A DNA stretch of 64,000 nucleotides from Tubiluchus corallicola (lineage: Eukaryota; Animalia; Priapulida). The stretch spans positions 124,001 to 188,000 of the forward strand of contig JAQGDQ010000354.1 in NCBI GenBank assembly GCA_030141605.1. The letters run 5' to 3'. Position numbers and translations under genes: made by a program. Positions 28,201 through 61,083 of the stretch are shown here, one piece after another. The notes beneath the pieces are model-generated. The model searched no databases. It was not told the DNA's origin and was given only the letters and a program-made list of their open reading frames with translations. Positions within the stretch are counted from its first letter, which is position 1, and the number at the start of each line of letters is the position of its first letter.

Positions 28201-28560
28201 TCATGTATCCTTGATAGTTGGGTATTTTAAATTATGTATGAAACAAGGTAATTGATATTTTAAGTACACTTAGAGGCTCTCTATGGTCACAAAATTGCAA
28301 TTTGTTGCTGGCTGCAAGTGGGCAAGCCCCTCAACCCCATTGGAGGCCTTGGTGGCCCCAAAACCCCCAACCTGTTTCAGGGTTTCTTGTAATTTGTCAT
28401 TCTCATCCCTGAAACTAGTATTTTCTCACAAAACTTATTTTTTTTTAGGTTTTACAAGGGTACAGTGCCGCGGTTAAGTCGGGTTTGTCTAGACGTTGCC
28501 ATAACTTTCATGATCTACGATTCTTTCATGGACTTGTTCAACAAAGTGTGGGTAACATAG
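10272..28560 (+). CDS. SLC25A1: Mitochondrial tricarboxylate (citrate) transport protein, 324 aa. Coding exons: 10272-10407, 19315-19522, 21122-21260, 22965-23049, 23690-23910, 26149-26222, 28449-28560
   Basis: The exons join in frame (975 nt including TAG). Three carrier signature motifs are present: [33 protein letters not shown]. Citrate-carrier-specific stretches are [37 protein letters not shown] and [27 protein letters not shown]. The start could be ATG 10272 or ATG 10281. Intron 3 is GC-AG. Confidence 0.95.
11530..11994 (+). mobile_element. hAT-type MITE, family C (TIR CAGGGATGAGAAT)
   Basis: 13-bp perfect TIRs CAGGGATGAGAAT...ATTCTCATCCCTG. A partial copy lies at about 12878-13200. 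Confidence 0.82.
12036..12531. mobile_element. hAT-type MITE (CGGATA-rich)
   Basis: Ends AGTGTTGCTCCGGATA / TATCCGTAGCAAAACT. Flanks ATACATAT/ATATATAT. Confidence 0.65.
15393..16028 (+). mobile_element. Non-autonomous TTAA-flanked DNA transposon (Kolobok/T2-MITE-like), family A, full-length copy
   Basis: TTAA|AGCAAAACCAGACCC...CCTGTCTTCCT|TTAA, with AG...CT termini, imperfect TIRs and a TTAA TSD. Other copies or fragments lie at about 4751-5060, 19581-19660, 19851-20255 and 32995-33513 (+), and 37661-38269, 43570-43949 and 50815-51440 (-). Confidence 0.75.
16371..16802 (+). mobile_element. Interspersed repeat family G (MITE-like)
   Basis: About 430-bp sequence recurring in reverse orientation at about 18873-19253, 39630-40050 and 59855-60265. 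Shared motifs include GTGCCACATAACGA and CCACAGGCAGTTA. Confidence 0.75.
17712..18130 (+). mobile_element. 5'-truncated non-LTR retrotransposon (CR1/L2-group) ORF2 C-terminal remnant
   Basis: EAVQMRA...[29 protein letters not shown]...[24 protein letters not shown] is the typical C-terminus of CR1-group LINE ORF2. Confidence 0.8.
19851..20255 (+). mobile_element. Family A MITE copy with internal deletion
   Basis: Both ends of family A are present. The central part is missing. Confidence 0.7.
20605..21073 (+). mobile_element. hAT-type MITE, family F
   Basis: CAGTGGCGGCCCGT...ACGAGCCGCCACTG, with internal similarity to 54781-55286. Confidence 0.78.
22648..22880 (+). mobile_element. tRNA-derived SINE (degenerate)
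   Basis: A-box-like TAGTCTAGTGG and B-box-like GAGTTCGG, followed by a TACCAAAG...AAAATGGCACCTGCTG body. Confidence 0.55.
23139..23638. mobile_element. hAT-type MITE, family D (TIR CAGGGCTGTGGAGTCGG), with internal 27-bp tandem repeats
   Basis: 17-bp perfect TIRs and GACTCC subrepeats. A degenerate relative lies at about 1834-2212. Confidence 0.8.
24008..24375. repeat. Minisatellite, 35-bp unit x about 10
   Basis: AATGGTATGTCTGTTAATGCAAGACGGTTATAAAC repeats head-to-tail with no spacers. Confidence 0.95.
25355..25990 (+). mobile_element. hAT-type MITE, family C (variant internal region)
   Basis: Same TIRs. 8-bp TSD GGAGAGTA/GGAGAGTT. Confidence 0.85.
26275..26644 (-). mobile_element. Solo-LTR-like element, family B
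   Basis: Close reverse-complement match to 56628-56991. Confidence 0.65.
26662..27519. mobile_element. Tc1/mariner (pogo/Tigger-like) MITE containing a nested second MITE at 26995-27371
   Basis: Outer element: TA|CAGTAAACTCC...GGAGTTTACTG|TA. Inner element: TA|CCGTATATACTCGCATATAAGCCGA...TCGGCTTATATGCGAGTATATACGG|TA (25-bp perfect TIR). Confidence 0.85.
27904..28411 (+). mobile_element. hAT-type MITE, family C
   Basis: Same TIRs and internal sequence as 11530-11994. It ends 37 bp before the last SLC25A1 exon. Confidence 0.82.
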
Positions 28561-29921
28561 GACATCTTGCGCCATCTAGCGAATTAAATACTAAACTTAG
28601 AACCACATTCCACTGCGGCTGAAAGACACCATGATTGATTCGTCATTTGGAAATAAAACGGATGAAATTGTATTGTAATGCCGTAATGAAATGTAGATTT
28701 AGGTTGTTATAACTTAGAAGTAAATTGTAAAATTAGGTGATTATAGCCGGTGGTTTAGCTCAAAATCTGTTGTGTGGAAATTATTGATATTTATTTTTGC
28801 TAGCATTGTAGTATGAAATTTCTTGCTTTTGTAACACGTTTTCTGTATTTTGTCTTAGTAACTCCTTCAAGACCGCACCATTCAAAATAGGTTTATACGC
28901 ACTGTGACTTTTCCACTACTGTATGAGCACAGATATAACGAAATGATTACAAATTAGGTACTGTTCTATTCAGGAGAACCTCGGTTATCCAATCATGCTA
29001 TTTGTTTGAACATTTATCAGTGATTTAACTGGAAAACTAAGAAAAACATGCGCTTTTCAGGCAATCCAACTTAGCCTATTGATTATCTTAATCTGGTGTA
29101 CACTGATTGTACATGCTAATTTATTGATCGTCTGCTTGCTACAGCCCAAGAGAATTGTCTGTTGTACAGAGTTCCAGGAAAAGCAACTGATCAGCCAGGG
29201 ACAAAATCAAGGTTGTTTTTTCTTTTTTTAATAGGAACTTCTCCTGAAAAATAGAGTAGACTTGAGGCCAAAGTTTATCAGAGTGTTGTGTCTGGATAGT
29301 TGAAATTTTCTGCATTAGCCGATTTCACACAAGTGATACTGTACATTGTTACAGTGCAAACACTGCAGTTACTGAAAGCTTTTTTCAACTTATTCATCAA
29401 AAAATGATTTTTAATTTGTCTAAGGTAAGCAAGTGGATTTATCATATATAATTTTGCACAAAAATCCATTGTGTGAGGAGTAGAAACCAACAAAATTATC
29501 AAATCACTGCTTAGTGAGAGCAGTTTGTTCATGAACCCTCGCGAAATGCAGCAAACGCTTACGGTCCTGAAGGAGTTAAGGCATTTGAACTGCATGTCTA
29601 CATTAAAACTATCTGAGCAAAAAATTAACATTTTTCTGTGATCCAGCTCGAGCTGCAGGGCTTTGTTAATTCTGATGAATAAGATGGCATCAGAACATGT
29701 ATTGCCATAAACTGAGACAGATTTTCAGAGACACGATCTAGCAATGATGTTACATTAGTGTTTTATACCTCTCACTCAATGTACTTATAAATAATGACCT
29801 AAGAATATGTTATTCAATTTATTGCAACAGTATTATATACCAGTTTTATTTATGGATCATCACATTAGACTTGCTGATTAAGTGAATAAGAAATTTACCC
29901 TGCTAAGGAAAAAAGAAGACG

Positions 29922-30200
29922 CGGGACAGTAGTGTAGCTTCCCACCCACCCTTGCTGTTCTCCGTGGCTTAGACAGTCTTTACCAATCACAGTTTGATGT
30001 AGGACAGTAGTGTAGCTTCCCACCCACCCTTTCTGTTCTCCATGGCTTACACAGTCTTTACCAATCATGTTTTGACATGACGTGAGACAGTAGTGTAGCT
30101 TCCCACCCACCCTTTCTGTTCTCCGTGGCTTACACAGTCTTTACCAATCACGTTTTGACGTGGGACAGTAGTGTAGCTTCCCACTCACCCTTTCTGTTCT
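29922..30200. repeat. Minisatellite, about 80-bp unit x 3.5
   Basis: GACAGTAGTGTAGCTTCCCACCCACCC... recurs at about 29924, 30003, 30086 and 30164. Confidence 0.93.
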
Positions 30201-30414
30201 TGTTTTTATTTGTTCTTTGTTTTTGTTCTTATTATGTGATTTACTAATTAGCTTGTCATGACCAAAAAAATCATGGTTGAAACGTTGTTAATTAAAAAGA
30301 AATAAATTAGGAATCCTAGTGGCATCTAGTATAGTAGACCTAGATGAAAGATTCTTGTCATTTTACACTTTCAAATCGACTAAAGTCTGTACATGATTAT
30401 TATAACATTTCACA

Positions 30415-30602
30415 CAGTCAAATCTCTTTATACAACCTGCTTTAGGCTAAAGAACAAGTTGGCATTAAGTGAGGTAGGCATTATAACGAGGTGCATTAAT
30501 ATATGCATGTTTGTGTATATATAGATATTTTGTTCTGCCAAAAATTTAACCATTAAATGAGGTTGTCATTCTACAGAGGGACGGTGTAACGAGGTTTGAC
30601 TG
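30415..30602. mobile_element. Short Tigger-like MITE remnant
   Basis: CAGTCAAATCTC...GAGGTTTGACTG inverted ends with internal TAA(C/T)GAGGT subrepeats. Confidence 0.55.
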
Positions 30603-32994
30603 CTTATTGTTTTTTCCCCACTATTCTGTATTTTTGTTCATGTATATTTTTGTGTTTGCTGCTTCTTTGTATTTCGTCCGTGCTGATTCCAAAATTTTAA
30701 AGACATGCAAATGAAATTTGTTAGTAAATTGCTGAAAAAAAACAAGTTATTGTCGCGTTGACAAGAGTTTTGTTCAGTTTGACAAACTGTCTGGCACTTT
30801 CGCTGCCACTGCAGGGTAATTCTGTTACATGTTGTCATTAGTAAGCAATAACCTTTCTTTTCACAACTAGATAATAGACAATACACCACACAATGCATTT
30901 CATGAGTGTCAATGAAGGCTATGGTATTCAAGCGCCATCTTGCAGTCGCTAGGGTGTAACGGCGGGTCACCTACCTGAACTGCCCTCTTGCAGAATGTTT
31001 TCGAACTTTTGTTGTGCGTATAAAAGAAAAAATTGCTCTCTCAAAATGCGACTTCGAAATACTTTAACTAACTACTGATAATACAGAGGTCACCAAAACA
31101 AGAATGTAGGTTCAGCCCACTATGGCATCTGATACTAGTTCATGCAAACTTAGCCTATTACTGGTTGCAATTTTAAGATCCTCAAGGTTGTCCGAAAGTC
31201 GACTACGTTATAACTCAAAAAAAGGAAAAATACTCTAAGTGAATTTAGAAAGCAACAAAAGAGCAGTGTTTAGTTTCACAGTGCTAATAACATATGTACG
31301 ATGTGCGATATTTGCCACTGCTATTCTGATTGTAATTTAATTTATGTTTGCAATGGGAAAATATACAGTCACTGCCATTATTGACTAACTTTACATGCTA
31401 ACGATAGAATATTCTCAGTGTACCGGTGTGTTATTATTGATGAGTTATCTGAACCACTGCTGTTGATTAGTTTGTAGATAATTGTTGGTTGTCTGCTTTG
31501 AACTATTTTGTTAAAATTACTACTAATTGTTAATAGATTTTTATTGAAATGCACAACTCGAATGTCTCCTGTTTTTTTCTGTCGCGCAACATCTGAACTC
31601 AGACGTACAAATGTGTATTAAATCCAGATTCATTTAAGAACTTTTTTTACCAATTTTATGAACTCTTGTTACATTTTCGGTTTTTCGTCACGTTGGCCAA
31701 TTAATTTTTCTTGAAAGCAGCAATGAAGAGTTGAGTAAAATAATTCGTTGTATTGGTTGTGTGAAGCTGATTATTGGTGTTTTAGGGATGGCAAAACTAC
31801 GAAGAGTCAGATTATAAAACTACACGTTTATTAAACATCAAACACAGTAAATATAACAGATAGTAATGCCAAGCCCCCTGATCTAGCTTGCTCTCCTTCA
31901 GCTCCCAGACTCAATCCCCTGAGCTGGGCGCATCACGAGGCTTATATATCGTGCGCCGAGCTTCGACGCATCGACGCCTACGCTTCGGTTCTGAATCACT
32001 TACTCAAGTGACACCACTCCTTAACTGGCTTCAGCGTTCATCAACATAATTATCTATCATAATCTAACGCTTTTAACATAGTTTAACAGCTCCTCTTTGC
32101 TCATGTTTATCTGTTTATTTCGTTAACTTGTTGAAGAAATGAATCCGTAAAATAATTAACCTTGCAAAAGTCCATTCGTCCAATGCAATATTTGTGAGAT
32201 AATATAGTATGTTTTTAGTACTAAGTAAAGAGTCACGTCGAGAGTTCTTAAGGAGCACTACACAGAGGTTTAAAGGACAAGAAACAGGGGTACCTGAGGT
32301 AGGTTTCAGAAAAATTACCTTAAAAAATTATATTACTTTACAGCAAATTTATGCGTATGTCGTACTCGCGTTAAAAGGAATTTTCGTTTGTTTTCATTTT
32401 AAATCTCGCATTACTGTTCCGACGGCGCCATTACATGACGTCACTACGCAAACGTAGAAAAGGAAATATTAAGTTATGTCCTAAAATACTTTCCATTCAA
32501 ATCTATATTACTTAGCATTAATAAAATAATATCTGCTTCTAATGAATTAAAGTTTATTATAGTTGTTATAGCTGCTTGCTGGTTATTGTTGTTTATAATG
32601 TTGGTGGCTGTGGCTTGTGAAGATTGCGTGTGGAACAGCCACGATGGGCATGGCAAACTATCAAATCTTTGTTTAGCAAACTACACATTTATTAAAGATC
32701 AAGCACAAACACGGTATACATAAGAGGATAGCAATGCCAGCCCTCCGTCTTCAAGTCAGCTCCTAATCTGCCCGAAGTGCGGGCCTCGAAAACCCTTTTG
32801 TCTAACTATCTAATGTGCCCTAAGCTTCTCCACATTAGGATTAACTTAATAACCAATGTAGATGTTGACGTCAGTAATCATGTCACTGCTATCGACACCC
32901 ACTGCACAAAACTGCTGGGGGTGAGCTCGGAGTGGGGGCACAGTCTTAACGACTATTACAGTAACACCTGCTACAAGTACTAAGTTACTAGATT

Positions 32995-33513
32995 TACTAA
33001 AAGAATTATCACCACACAAACACAATTTCACGTTCGCGCCACTAGTTCTTCGCTGTTACGTGCATTTCACCATTCGCTAGTTAGACGAGCACTACATTTC
33101 CTAAAAGCGTTGCACAAAAACATGTGCTGTACCTCTCAGTTCAGATGTGTTAGTTTGTGATGAACTACACACATTCGACAACTAATGCGTGAACACAGCG
33201 GTAAATTTGAAATTTGAATTTTTATCTTAAATTGCCTAGTTTTAGTACAACACACTGAATATCTTATAGGTAGCACTGTAGTTCACTTTTCGCTTTCGCA
33301 AACACGTGCAACGCGCGTGGAATATTTTGGTGTTGAAAATTATGTTAGTTTGTGATGTCATCAGTAGTTGGGCTTTCCGACCCTTAATTAAGCCTTTAAT
33401 CTATTATTTAATTATTAGAAACATTTTTGCAGCATTAACTGTGTTAAAATGTAGGCACTTTTTATCGGATTTGAAAATGGGGTAGTATATGAAAAATCAT
33501 CCTTCTTCCTTTA
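32995..33513 (+). mobile_element. Family A TTAA-type MITE copy, 5'-truncated
   Basis: Matches about 15490-16032 and ends CCTTCTTCCTTTAA. Confidence 0.72.
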
Positions 33514-34176
33514 ACTAGAGAGTCATTTGACTCCTCTCTAACCAAAAACGGGCAACCGCAAAATCGTCTTGTCAAAGTTGTACTCCTCTTCAACCTCCTC
33601 CTTCACTGAGTTTGACCAAAAGCATTAGTCGGCAGATAATGTTTCAGTTTTGTCCTGGGCGAGTAGTCCAGCAACCGGAAGTGCCTGACAGCTTGTTTGT
33701 TACATCCAAAAATCATTTCTCTTCAACAAAGATGTGCAACTGAGTATCTTCGCGTAATGTATCGTCCACCGGAAACAAAATCTGGCGTCGGAAGTATAAA
33801 TACGTTTCCTCTACATACGAAACGTACTTAAGCTTGTTTGCCTACACTTACTTAGCTTAAAAGAAACCCAGTTCTAAACTATAAAGGTACTTATATAATT
33901 ATAGCACAATTCGTTAGGAAAATGGGCTTTCCGGAATCGCTACATTTTTTACAAAAACGAAAAAACCACAAGTTTATTTTTATTTAGTTTTCACGGCTAC
34001 AATTTTTTTGCTACATTTTGTATAGTTTGCGCAAAACGCATTGGAATATCGTAGACATTTGGAAATAATTCTTCCCACAAATATTTGTAATAAAACTGAC
34101 CCCATAACCCCACACTAGTATTGCATTATTGGCCAGAAATATTTCACCGTTTAACTATGATTGCCCGCCGAGGTTC

Positions 34177-34761
<585 letters not shown>

Positions 34762-34789
34762 ATATTTCGTTTAGGTCATAGGCCAGGGA

Positions 34790-34968
34790 TAACTCTTTAT
34801 TTATTTCGAAGGCAGTCCCGATTATTATTACTCACATGTTACTTTGATAAACCCGCGTGGGTGGTCGAAGAACCAGTGGTACCATTTTAAGTCTTCGCTA
34901 TGCCTCGATCGGGAATTGAACCCACGACCTCCCGGGTGGGAAGCGAGCACTTACCATACCCCTGGTCG
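34790..34968 (-). mobile_element. tRNA-derived SINE (degenerate)
   Basis: The minus strand reads TGGTAAGTGCTCGCTTCCCACCCGGGAGGTCGTGGGTTCAATTCCCG...GACTTAAAATGGTACC. The tRNA-like head has no complete cloverleaf. Confidence 0.6.
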
Positions 34969-35311
34969 TAAAATAAGCGTTTCTTCATGGTTACTTATAA
35001 TACAATTAAAATAATTGAAAATTCAATGCAATATTCCTTTTTTTTATTTTGTGAAATAAACGAACTTAAACTCTCGCGTTTGACTGCAAGTTTGCAATCC
35101 CAAATTTCCGTTTCCTGAGAGAATAAAAACGGGATGTTAAATGTCAGCTTCCTCTAACGGGAGGTGTTCAAACATCCCGTTATGATATTTCTATATATTA
35201 ACTACATAAATACATACTACTTACTTCAAAGGTGTGCATTCATTACTGGTGTGTTTACACTAAACAGTGTACTTTTTCATTGTTGTAAACATTTTTAGCT
35301 ACACGAAAGAC

Positions 35312-41422
<6,111 letters not shown>

Positions 41423-42158
41423 GGTCACGAGTAAACACGTGCAGACGCACTTAGATTAATATTTAACAATAAAATATTTTCAGTCGTTCATTTAAATTGG
41501 TTTTATTTCTTCTTAAAATCCCGCATTTATATTGATTATCCACCTGAATAAAGTGCTACTAAAATTCTTTATGCAAAATGAAATGATTTTGGACTAGTAA
41601 TGTTACACTCCGTTTGGAATCTTGTTACCTATGAAGTAGAGCGCGCACTATTTCCTGTTAGAATGATGTACACTGGGCGAGTTTTAAGCCAATTAGACAG
41701 ATTTGTTCAAATTGGGCCCATTTGATGAGTAGAATTGACGTCAAACATATTGGTCATCATTTACATTCATTGCTGGATTTATACCAAAAAATAGCCCTAG
41801 TGCAGATGTCGGGGGGGGGGGGCGGTGGTACTAATTTGTTTCAGCGTGAGAGCGCATAACCTTATTTCAAGTACACAGTGGGTATTTCATTGTAGTATCA
41901 TATATACAAAATCATAAGGGCCTCTGTTGTATAAGTATGTTTAACATTGTGTTCAAGTTTGTATTTATGATATTATGTAATATTCGTTGACGTTTGGCCA
42001 TTGCAGAAATACGACAATCTATATGTATTTCTGTATTTTTTACAATGGCCAAATCGAAAATACATACATACATACATAGATATAAATAAATAAGTAAATA
42101 ATTTCATAAATAATAATAAATAATAAATAAGTCTATATATACGTATGTGTAACACATA

Positions 42159-42169
<11 letters not shown>

Positions 42170-42194
<25 letters not shown>

Positions 42195-42462
42195 GTTTTT
42201 AACACAAAAAATGGTCATTTTTTTCGCCAAAATTACATGTAAGCTTGTAAATAAGTTGCCAGGTCTCTGCAATAAAAAGTTAAGTGATCCAATCTACCAC
42301 AATTGCTTGCAGCTCCAATGAAGTTCGTGGCTCCCTCAAGCGGGAAAATAAAAAACAAATTTAGGCAAAACAAGTAATTAATTACATGGGTAATTTTCGC
42401 TTAACAGTAACTAGGCCACGAAGTCTGTGCAACCTTCACCAATGTAATAGATACTGGAAAAA
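42170..42462 (+). repeat. About 290-bp interspersed repeat preceded by (TA)n; near-identical copy at about 46550-46842
   Basis: Direct comparison: GAAGTTTT...CCAAAATTACATGTAAGCTTGTAAATAAG...GATACTGGAAAAA occurs in both. Confidence 0.85.
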
Positions 42463-42899
42463 AATATTTACGTGACCCGGTCCTGTTTTGCAGTGCCAAA
42501 ATTTTACTCAAAAGTGTACCGGAAATTAGTTACCTCCATTCTACAACCTTGACGATGTCAAGGAGCAACCCTTGGGCGTCTGTGCTGCGATATTTTCCAC
42601 ATAATGACAAATTCTAGTTTCAACAGATATGTCCCAACTCGAATACGTCACTAGTTCCTCTAAAATTTTGCCAGGGATTGAATTTAGTGTTACTGCGTTT
42701 TGTTAGTGCGTTGTAAAAGATCTATCAGTGACGAAGGTAAGGATATTTATATATATATACATATATATTATGATGTAGAGATGAGAACCCTAATAAGAAA
42801 TTTTATATACGACATCAGCAAGAAAAGAGAAGAGAAACAGGAAAGCAAATAATTTTAATTTGAGCTCGCAGCCTACAAAATCTTTTCTTACTATTGTTG

Positions 42900-43265
42900 T
42901 TTTTTATGTATTATTATTGTGCTTTTGTTATTGTTGTGCTTTTGTTATTATTGTGCTTTTGTTATATTGTGCTTTTGTTATCATTGTGCTTTGGTTATCA
43001 TTGTGTTTTTGTGATTGTTGTGTTTTTGTTATCATTGTGCTTTTGTTATCATTGCACTTTTGTTTTTATTGTGCCTTTGTTATCATTGTGCTTTTGTTAC
43101 CATAGCGCTTTTGTTATTATTGTGCTTTTGTTTTTATTGTGCTTTTGTTATTATTGTGCTTTTGTTTTTATTGTGCCTTTGTTATCATTGTGTTTTTATG
43201 ATCATTGTGTTTTTGTTATCCTTTTGTTATCATTGTGCTTTTCTTAGTATTGTGTTTTTTTGTTA
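42900..43265. repeat. Minisatellite, 17-bp unit (TTGTGCTTTTGTTATCA-like) x about 21
   Basis: Directly visible tandem array. It explains the three Cys/Phe/Val-rich ORFs at 42860-43287. Confidence 0.92.
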
Positions 43266-43569
43266 TTATCGTCCCTACTACGTTTGAGCCGCTCCATCTA
43301 CAGGATCAATGTATTTTCGCTTTATGCTGTATGGTAGACAAACGGTATGTGTGTGTACATTTATAATTTCAAGATTATTACTATAATTTATGATGCAATG
43401 AACGCACAATTTGCCGAATTTGAAACTAAGTTTGCTCCAAGGCAGGAAATGTAAAAAAATCGAGAAACAACCTGGATATGAACCAGGAACTAAACCGTGT
43501 TAAATGTTTTTCCTATTTCGGAGCTAATTTGGTTTTTAAGTTAACAATTGTGGTATTCTTTGTGTGAGT

Positions 43570-43949
43570 TATTCAGTGTGTTGTAGTAAAACTAGGCAAA
43601 TTTTAAGATAAAAATTCAAATTTCAAATCTATCTCTGTGTTAGCGCATGAGCTGTCCGACGTGCGCAGTTCGCCAAAAACTAACACATCTTAACTGAGTG
43701 ATACAGCACCCGGTTTCGTGCAATTCGTTTCCGAAATACAGGTGCTAGTAACCGTCTAACTAGCGAAAGGCGAAATGCATGTAACAACGAAGAACTAGTG
43801 GCGCGAACGCGAAATTGTGTTTGTGAGGTAATAATTCTTTCACCGAGTCATTTTTGAAAAAAAAAATAGTATAGTATGTTCCCTTTCAATATTTTAAAGA
43901 GTAAATTGTTTTGACCTACAATTTAAGATTGGGTCCGGTTTTGATTTAA
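43570..43949 (-). mobile_element. Family A MITE fragment
   Basis: Reverse-complement match to the first 380 bp or so of family A. Confidence 0.7.
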
Positions 43950-44934
43950 TGAACTGACGTTGAACAAGCTAAAATGCAGAGATCATCTGCATAAATGAAA
44001 TCATTTACTATCCCTGCGTGCATGACGAGCTAAAACGTTTATAAGTACAACAATTTTGCGAAAATTATAATCAAACACATTTGTGCAAGTAGTTGAAGTG
44101 ATCTACATCAATGTGGACAAGGAAATGGGGGGGGGGGAGCAAGCACCGAATTAAAGCTTGCCCAAAATTATTAAGCTTGTTAGCTTTTTCAATCAAAGAA
44201 AAAATGCAATCATTAACAAGTCACGAGGAATTATATTATAATAACTATACTAGCAGGTACAATCACAGAATCAAATAACATAATAATTATCAATACTAAA
44301 ATATCACTATACTAAAACACAACGGAATAATTAGCCTGGCTAGCCCAAAGGTTTAAATGTTCAAGGTAGGCCTGTCTTACACAGCTTAAATACAGAAAAC
44401 TAGAACACTAGAAAACGTACAGTAAGTTAGAGGGAAATATAAGCTATTTCAATGTTATAACAAGCCTAAAAAAGGAGGAAATGAGATGAAAAAATTATGA
44501 AAGAGAGATGAACAAGAAGACAAACAATGTAATATTCACAAGTCAAGTCAATCAAACGCGAAGTAATTATGAGACGAACTTCGCGACAATCAACCCTATT
44601 CAACTTAACTGCAACACTAGCAGGTATTTACACCACAGTTAAGTTACAATAATTACGCTATTCTCATGTGAGAATGTATCTACGAGAGAAAAAACTTCAA
44701 AAACAGAAAGCAATAAATTCATATCAATGATAGGTTCAAAAAATCTTATATGTGAAATTTATTAATCGGATTATCAATGTACAATTATTATGTATATTTA
44801 GGTTACGATTGTAAATTAGTGAATAACACAACTAGGTCTACTGTTAAAATGACAAGCAGCGCAATACCTGAAATTCGTATAAGTGACGAAAACTATCCAG
44901 AGTAAGTAGATATTACAATTATTATTAACTGCTA

Positions 44935-45157
44935 TTATCACCATCATCACCGTCGTCGTCATCATCATCGTCGTCGTCATCATCATCTTCATCATCATCA
45001 TCGTCGTCGTCATCATCATCATCGTCGTCGTCGTCGTCATCATCATCATTATCGTCGTCGTCGTCGTCATCATCATCATCATCATCGTCGTCGTCTTCGT
45101 CATCATCTTCATCGTCGTCATCGTCGTCGTCGTCATCATTATCATCATCATCATCAT
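44935..45157. repeat. (CAT/CGT)n compound microsatellite
   Basis: Directly visible. Confidence 0.92.
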
Positions 45158-45512
45158 TAATAATCTCTCATGGGCTTCTTATATGTGGAATTCTCTCTGT
45201 GAAACAACATTAATAGACCATTTTATCACTAGTAATTTACATGTATGAATTCTATTTTCTGGGAATGTGTTCATACCTTCACCTTGTTAAAACTGTTTAT
45301 TAATTGTTCTTGCCTTCGAGCGTGAAGGGGGGGGGAGTGGACGGTCAACTATAGTCTAATTAGTCCCGCTTCTGTGTCTGTCTGCTGCTTGCTATCTGCT
45401 TGTCTGTTTAGGAACGTATAACGAACTGTACAGGGTTGCAGTTGAACCAGACAACTTGGCTATGGTTCCTTCTCAGAACGTTTAGTAATGACAAATGCGT
45501 CTTATTCTACAG

Positions 45513-59256
<13,744 letters not shown>

Positions 59257-60706
59257 ATAAAGAACCAGAAGCTTGATTCCTTGTGGTCTTTTTAAATGGG
59301 CACATAGGTCCTACTACTTATTGCCTTGTTCTTACGTGATGCTAGATATTTTCTCTTCATGTTTCGTGTCAGATTGATTTGAAATAATCCTACTAGTTAC
59401 TAGTTAAAGAAGTTTGCTAAAAACACGAGTTGAAAGTATGTTATGTAAAAATATTTTCATAGCGTACCAAAGTCGTTTATTCTAACTGGACAGAAGAAAA
59501 TCATTTTAATTGCTCTAAATTTAAATTTATATTGTATTGTCATCATACTTTTTTGAGTTTTGGACAGTGCTGCCACCTTCAGGTGTTCTTGTTAAAATTG
59601 TTAAATCTTTCTCTTTACTGTTTAAATTTTCATTGGCTTCTACAGTTTTTATGAATGCATAATCTCTAAACCTGTTTTCACACCTAAATGATTTCACCTG
59701 TAGTTTTGGTCACTTGGTTTTCTGCTTTTCAACATGACACTACTTCGCTGTTTATGTAGACATTTCAGAATAAAATCTTAAAACTAAATTTCAAGTTCTT
59801 TGGTTTCTTCAAACCACTAATTATAGATAATAAAACATTTTTGCAGTAAATACAGAGGGGTATTAACAAATAGGATAACTAGGCTATAGCCTCCAGGGCG
59901 CCAAAGTTTGAGGGGCGTCGCATTTTAGAAAAAAACCTTGTTCTCCTCCATAAATGTGTATACTTTCAAATCCATGTAAAGGTGCGCATTTTATAACACA
60001 CCACAGGCAGTTACTCAGCTCGGCTTTTACACAAGTGCCACATAACGAGCAGGTGCAAGGTATTACACAACAAACCATTGTGCGGCCTACTTGAATATAA
60101 GCGCTATGTAAATACATTTTATATTGTATAATGGCCACGTAGAAACTAGGTTAATGGCGTTTCTAATACACCACAAGTATTTGTTTGACGTGATCATTAC
60201 ATAATCAAAAATTCACCATCGAGATGGGCAAAAGCCTAGGGCAACGTAAAGTCTTGTTACGCTTTTTTGTAAATCAGACTAATTTCGTCAACCACACCAT
60301 CGCAAATTATGCCAACTTAAATTAGTAAATCTAATTATGTGAATTGCTTTTATACGTGATATATGCAAAACTGCAGAACGACACTTTTAAAATGCATGTG
60401 GGTTTCAAACTTTGTTAGAATTTTTTAAACTGCTTGAGCTTTACGTAGTTTAAGTAATAATTGTTATCCAACAAGCGAACGAAATGCGTTTTTTTTGTTT
60501 ACCGTTGTCTCCAGCAGAGGGCAGCACGTTCCACGCAGTAGTGTAAGCCACTACAAGACGATTACCAGCAACAACAGATTTTACCAAATTAATTTGTTTA
60601 ACAAAAAAAACCCACACTTCTTTGGATCTTTAAGTTGCAAGGCCTGATTATTTTTATCTATAACATAATCTATAAGGTTACATATTGGGTGTAAGCGGTT
60701 GATTGG

Positions 60707-61083
60707 TAGGGGTGAGCATTCTCTACCATAAAGCGAATTCGAATCGCACCGAATTTGTGACTTTCGAATTCGAATCGAACCGAACTTCAGTGTTTCGAAT
60801 TCGAGCCGAATTCGAATTGAGATCGAAAGATTTTCGAACAAGTTTTCGAACCACCAGCAAACATTTGTCTTACAAAGATCGTGCATATCACTAGATTTCG
60901 TTCTGCAATAAAACGACTAGTAATTTCTTTAAAATTGTGCGCAGAAATCACAGCTAAATTAGTGATAAAGAACATATGTGATTGAAGTGCTGAATTATTC
61001 GAATCTATAGTTTTGGATTCGAATCGAGTTCGAACTAAAAAAACTCGTTCGAATCGAATTCGAGCGTTCGATGCTCACCCCTA
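60707..61083 (+). mobile_element. hAT-type MITE, family E
   Basis: TAGGGGTGAGCAT...ATGCTCACCCCTA. Perfect 8-bp TSD TTGATTGG. Confidence 0.9.

Noticed and set aside
29278-29640. 117-aa minus-strand ORF and a protein-like plus-strand frame downstream of SLC25A1
   Set aside because: No recognisable domain or consistent splice structure. It could be 3' UTR or a decayed element, and BLASTX would be needed.
31780-32960. Two related LTR-like segments (about 31780-32015 and 32620-32960)
   Set aside because: They share AAACTACAC(G/A)TTTATTAAA and GATAG(T/C)AATGCCA motifs, but I could not define termini or TSDs well enough to call them.
34880-34968. tRNA gene
   Set aside because: Only T-arm/B-box-like sequence is recognisable. 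There is no acceptor stem and it continues into a SINE-like body. The same applies to 22648-22720.
42680-42742. Strong donor GAAG|GTAAGG as a possible first coding exon of CYP20 copy 1
   Set aside because: All three frames hit a stop within about 50 nt upstream with no ATG after it. At most a 5' UTR exon.
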